Source: a virus
Taxonomy: Duplodnaviria > Heunggongvirae > Uroviricota > Caudoviricetes
IMG/VR virus record: IMGVR_UViG_2695420733_000001
Strand: one strand, 5' to 3'
Length of the DNA stretch: 20,026 nucleotides
Part shown: piece after piece, positions 17,318-20,026 of the stretch
Layout of the letters: each line of letters starts with the position of its first letter
Numbering within the stretch: position 1 is the first letter of the stretch
Program-made: the position numbers and the translations under genes
Notes under the pieces: model-generated
Databases searched by the model: none
What the model saw: only the letters and a program-made list of their open reading frames with translations
Told to the model about the DNA's origin: nothing

Positions 17318-17364
17318 AGCTATAGCATACAAAATCACTTGACCGATATGTTAGTCATGGCTAA
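17318..17364. promoter_or_regulatory. Operator-like sites upstream of ydfA (candidate dicB-operon promoter/operator)
   Basis: TGTTAGCTATAGCATAC and TTAGTCATGGCTAA share the GTTAG half-site with the dicA/dicC palindrome. Confidence 0.4.
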
Positions 17365-17444
17365 TCTTGTTTGCATCAACACACCGCACGGTGTTCTCAG
17401 CAAACAGTTCCGCTACCCCAGCGTTAAGGGGAAATGAGGTCAGC

Positions 17445-17600
17445 ATGGATACTATCGATCTTGGCAACAACGAATCTCTGGTGTACGGCGTGTTTCCAAA
17501 CCAGGACGGCACGTTCACCGCAATGACGTATACCAAAAGCAAAACGTTTAAAACCGAAAATGGTGCCCGTCGCTGGCTGGAAAGAAACTCAGGTGAGTGA
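17445..17600 (+). CDS. ydfA: YdfA, 51 aa
   Basis: MDTIDLGNNESLVYGVFPNQDGTFTAMTYTKSKTFKTENGARRWLERNSGE; ATG with a GAGG SD. The track's 77-aa ORF is an upstream extension. Confidence 0.8.
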   Translation: MDTIDLGNNESLVYGVFPNQDGTFTAMTYTKSKTFKTENGARRWLERNSGE

Positions 17601-17601
17601 T

Positions 17602-17730
17602 ATGGATTTCGACACAATCATGGAAAAGGCTTACGAAGAATACTTCGAAGGCCTTGCCGAAGGCGAAGAAGCTCTCAGCTTCAGTGAGTTTAAACAGGCG
17701 CTTTCCAGTTCGGCAAAATCTAACGGCTGA
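17602..17730 (+). CDS. ydfB: YdfB, 42 aa
   Basis: Hand translation MDFDTIMEKAYEEYFEGLAEGEEALSFSEFKQALSSSAKSNG; start 2 nt after the ydfA stop. Confidence 0.75.
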   Translation: MDFDTIMEKAYEEYFEGLAEGEEALSFSEFKQALSSSAKSNG

Positions 17731-17759
17731 TAAGCGAAACAGCACCGCGAGGAATCAGT

Positions 17760-17978
17760 ATGCAGAAACGAGAACCCGTCATCATCGCGCCAGACTATAC
17801 CGATGATGAACTTTATGAGTGGATGCGCCAGAAAATTAATGCAGCGCAGGATCTGAAATGGGCTAATGAAGCCAGGGCTAAGCAGGCTGAAAATCTGTCC
17901 GCTCTGGAGCAGGATATCACCAATCTGGAAAAAGCAGCGGCATTAAGCATTGCCAGAATGATTACATACCCGCGTTAG
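17760..17978 (+). CDS. ydfC: YdfC, 72 aa
   Basis: MQKREPVIIAPDYTDDELYEWMRQKINAAQDLKWANEARAKQAENLSALEQDITNLEKAAALSIARMITYPR; GAGG SD. Confidence 0.8.
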   Translation: MQKREPVIIAPDYTDDELYEWMRQKINAAQDLKWANEARAKQAENLSALEQDITNLEKAAALSIARMITYPR

Positions 17979-18318
17979 TAGCTAATCAACAAAGCTAAGG
18001 TTAGTAATTAAGGAGTTCTCCACGGGTGAGGTGGAGTGCGTGCGCCGGACACGGGTGCGCATCCGGAACTGACAGTTTACTGAAAGGATATTTCCCTGAA
18101 AAGTCAGACCATAACGCGAAAGCGCACGGCGAGGTAGCTGGTTCATAGATAGCCTGTCGTTAAATTTTCGTCGACCGTGCGCTTCCGGTTGTGGCAACCC
18201 GCGAAATGGCGCGGCGGTAAGTATGGCGGGGTTATTCCTTCCCCGTTGAGGACACCGGGTTGTCAGGTTGACCATACGCTTAAGTGACAACCCCGCTGCA
18301 ACGCCCTCTGTTATCAAT

Positions 18319-18376
18319 TTTCTGGTGACGTTTGGCGGTATCAGTTTTACTCCGTGACTGCTCTGCCGCCCTTTTT
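18319..18376 (+). ncRNA. dicF: DicF small RNA (Hfq-dependent, represses ftsZ and other mRNAs)
   Basis: TTTCTGGTGACGTTTGGCGGTATCAGTTTTACTCCGTGACTGCTCTGCCGCCCTTTTT matches DicF as recalled, including its terminator hairpin and U-tail. Confidence 0.9.
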
Positions 18377-18545
18377 AAAGTGAATTTTGTGATGTGGTGA
18401 ATGCGGCTGAGCGCACGCGGAACAGTTAAAACCAAAAACAGTGTTATGGGTGGATTCTCTGTATCCGGCGTTAATTGTTAACTGGTTAACGTCACCTGGA
18501 GGCACCAGGCACTGCATCACAAAATTCATTGTTGAGGACGCGATA

Positions 18546-18734
18546 ATGAAAACGTTATTACCAAACGTTAATACGTCTGAAGGTTGTTTTGAAATTGGTG
18601 TCACTATCAGTAACCCAGTATTTACTGAAGATGCCATTAACAAGAGAAAACAAGAACGGGAGCTATTAAATAAAATATGCATTGTTTCAATGCTGGCTCG
18701 TTTACGTCTGATGCCAAAAGGATGTGCACAATGA
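18546..18734 (+). CDS. dicB: Cell-division inhibitor DicB, 62 aa
   Basis: MKTLLPNVNTSEGCFEIGVTISNPVFTEDAINKRKQERELLNKICIVSMLARLRLMPKGCAQ. The track's 97-aa ORF is an upstream extension. Confidence 0.9.
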   Translation: MKTLLPNVNTSEGCFEIGVTISNPVFTEDAINKRKQERELLNKICIVSMLARLRLMPKGCAQ

Positions 18735-18922
18735 ATTCAGCATTTGTGCTTGTTCTGACAGTTTTTCTTGTTTCCGGAGAGCCAGTTGATATTGCAGTCA
18801 GTGTTCACAGGACAATGCAGGAGTGTATGACTGCAGCAACCGAACAGAAAATTCCCGGTAACTGTTACCCGGTCGATAAAGTTATTCACCAGGATAATAT
18901 CGAAATCCCGGCAGGTCTTTAA
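18731..18922 (+). CDS. ydfD: YdfD (reported lysis protein), 63 aa, with N-terminal TM segment
   Basis: MNSAFVLVLTVFLVSGEPVDIAVSVHRTMQECMTAATEQKIPGNCYPVDKVIHQDNIEIPAGL; ATGA overlap with the dicB stop. Confidence 0.8.
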   Translation: MNSAFVLVLTVFLVSGEPVDIAVSVHRTMQECMTAATEQKIPGNCYPVDKVIHQDNIEIPAGL

Positions 18923-19014
18923 AACAGTTCCGTAATAAATATCCGGTTTCATTCTTATATGCCAGCAATGGCAGGGATTTGTTCATCCTTAAATCTGTCA
19001 TGAGGTTAAAACAA

Positions 19015-19602
19015 ATGAGTAAAGTCTTTATTTGCGCCGCTATTCCTGACGAACTGGCAACAAGGGAAGAAGGCGCTGTGGCTGTAGCCACAGCCATTGA
19101 AGCTGGCGACGAACGCCGTGCTCGAGCAAAATTTCACTGGCAATTCCTGGAACATTATCCGGCTGCTCAGGACTGCGCTTATAAATTTATTGTCTGCGAG
19201 GATAAACCTGGCATACCCCGCCCTGCCCTCGATTCATGGGATGCTGAATATATGCAGGAAAACCGCTGGGATGAGGAGTCTGCTTCTTTTGTCCCGGTTG
19301 AGACTGAATCCGATCCGATGAACGTCACTTTTGACAAGCTGGCCCCTGAAGTACAGAACGCTGTCATGGTTAAGTTCGACACATGTGAAAACATCACCGT
19401 TGATATGGTTATTAGCGCACAGGAATTGTTGCAGGAAGACATGGCAACATTCGACGGACATATCGTTGAAGCGTTGATGAAAATGCCAGAAGTTAACGCC
19501 ATGTATCCGGAGCTTAAGTTGCACGCCATTGGGTGGGTTAAGCATAAATGTATTCCTGGTGCTAAATGGNNNGNANNCTGGTTTACTCGACCTGTACCTT
19601 AA
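19015..19602 (+). CDS. ydfE: YdfE-like protein; 3' end uncertain because an 8-nt N-run (19570-19577) interrupts the frame
   Basis: ATG at 19015 with a GAGG SD ([20 protein letters not shown]...); the open frame begins at TTG 18979. Assigned by position after ydfD. Confidence 0.6.
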
Positions 19603-19715
19603 ACCAGGAAGAAAACGAAGCCGTTTGCCTGTGGCTGAAAGAGACTTACCCCGACGCAGTAGAGTTTTTACCACTTGGCGATCTCTTCCCTGGTGCAAAC
19701 AAAGCGCTGACCGAA
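19578..19715 (+). pseudogene. 46-codon fragment of a Sun-family RNA m5C methyltransferase (RsmF-like)
   Basis: [46 protein letters not shown] carries the VYSTC...EENE motif-VI signature and matches RsmF as recalled; flanking sequence is unrelated. Confidence 0.5.
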
Positions 19716-19792
19716 CCATCATGTAACCCTCTGTTTTCGTGCATTGAAACGGCGGTGATACAACTTTCGTGTATCACTTAGGACGCTAATCA

Positions 19793-20026
19793 ATGTCGCA
19801 TCTTATGCTTTCCCGTCACGGGATCTGGTACTACCGTAGGGTCTACCTGACACCTCGGAAACGCCGTGAAATTCGTATTTCTCTTCGCACACGTTCCAAA
19901 CGTGAAGCCTTGCTCCGTGTGGAGAAATATCTCACCTCACAACCTTTCCACTGCGTTCCGCAGTCCATCCCGGCACACACTGCAACTCCGTCTGGTCAGA
20001 AAACGGTAACAGCTTCTCCTGCTGGC
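19793..20026 (+). CDS. 5' part of a possible prophage integrase; runs off the window end
   Basis: ATG at 19793; 78 codons open to the window end (MSHLMLSRHGIWYYRRVYLTPRKRREIRISLRTRSKREALLRVEKYL...); sits at the int-proximal end of the lambdoid gene order. No catalytic domain visible. Confidence 0.35.
   Translation, partial: MSHLMLSRHGIWYYRRVYLTPRKRREIRISLRTRSKREALLRVEKYLTSQPFHCVPQSIPAHTATPSGQKTVTASPAG

Noticed and set aside
17982-18682. Minus-strand ORFs 17982..18317 and 18347..18682 (111 aa each)
   Set aside because: Antisense to the DicF precursor and to dicB, in a plus-strand operon confirmed by the DicF sequence.
19179-19722. Minus-strand ORFs 19179..19529 and 19234..19722
   Set aside because: Antisense to ydfE and spanning the N-run; Ser/Cys-rich.

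Overview
This window is a Qin-like defective lambdoid prophage of Escherichia coli, read in reverse to the lambda map, with most genes matching K-12 Qin. All identifications are from reading the sequence and from recalled K-12/lambda protein sequences; no database search was run. Left to right: 5' part of a Nu1-type terminase small subunit (minus strand, runs off the window start; not in the ORF track), cosN at 654-665, ynfO/ydfO/gnsB/ynfN, cspI, the lysis cassette (essQ, ydfR, rrrQ, rzpQ/rzoQ), ynfU, divergent cspB/cspF, the late promoter/terminator and Q antiterminator (quuQ), ydfU, a 92-aa ORF, rem, the relB-relE-hokD operon, ydfV, flxA with a sigma-28 promoter, a DDE-transposase insertion, a small membrane protein, a decayed stretch, a short methyltransferase-like ORF, a replication initiator with intragenic iterons, a 173-aa ORF, the dicC/dicA immunity switch, ydfA-ydfB-ydfC-dicF-dicB-ydfD-ydfE, a Sun-family methyltransferase fragment beside an N-run, and a possible integrase start running off the right edge. 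The 10.9-16.6 kb stretch (IS insertion through the replication module) is, from memory, absent from K-12 Qin and is the main accessory region. No CRISPR array, rRNA or tRNA was seen. The track allows GTG/TTG starts, so several N-termini were re-placed by hand.
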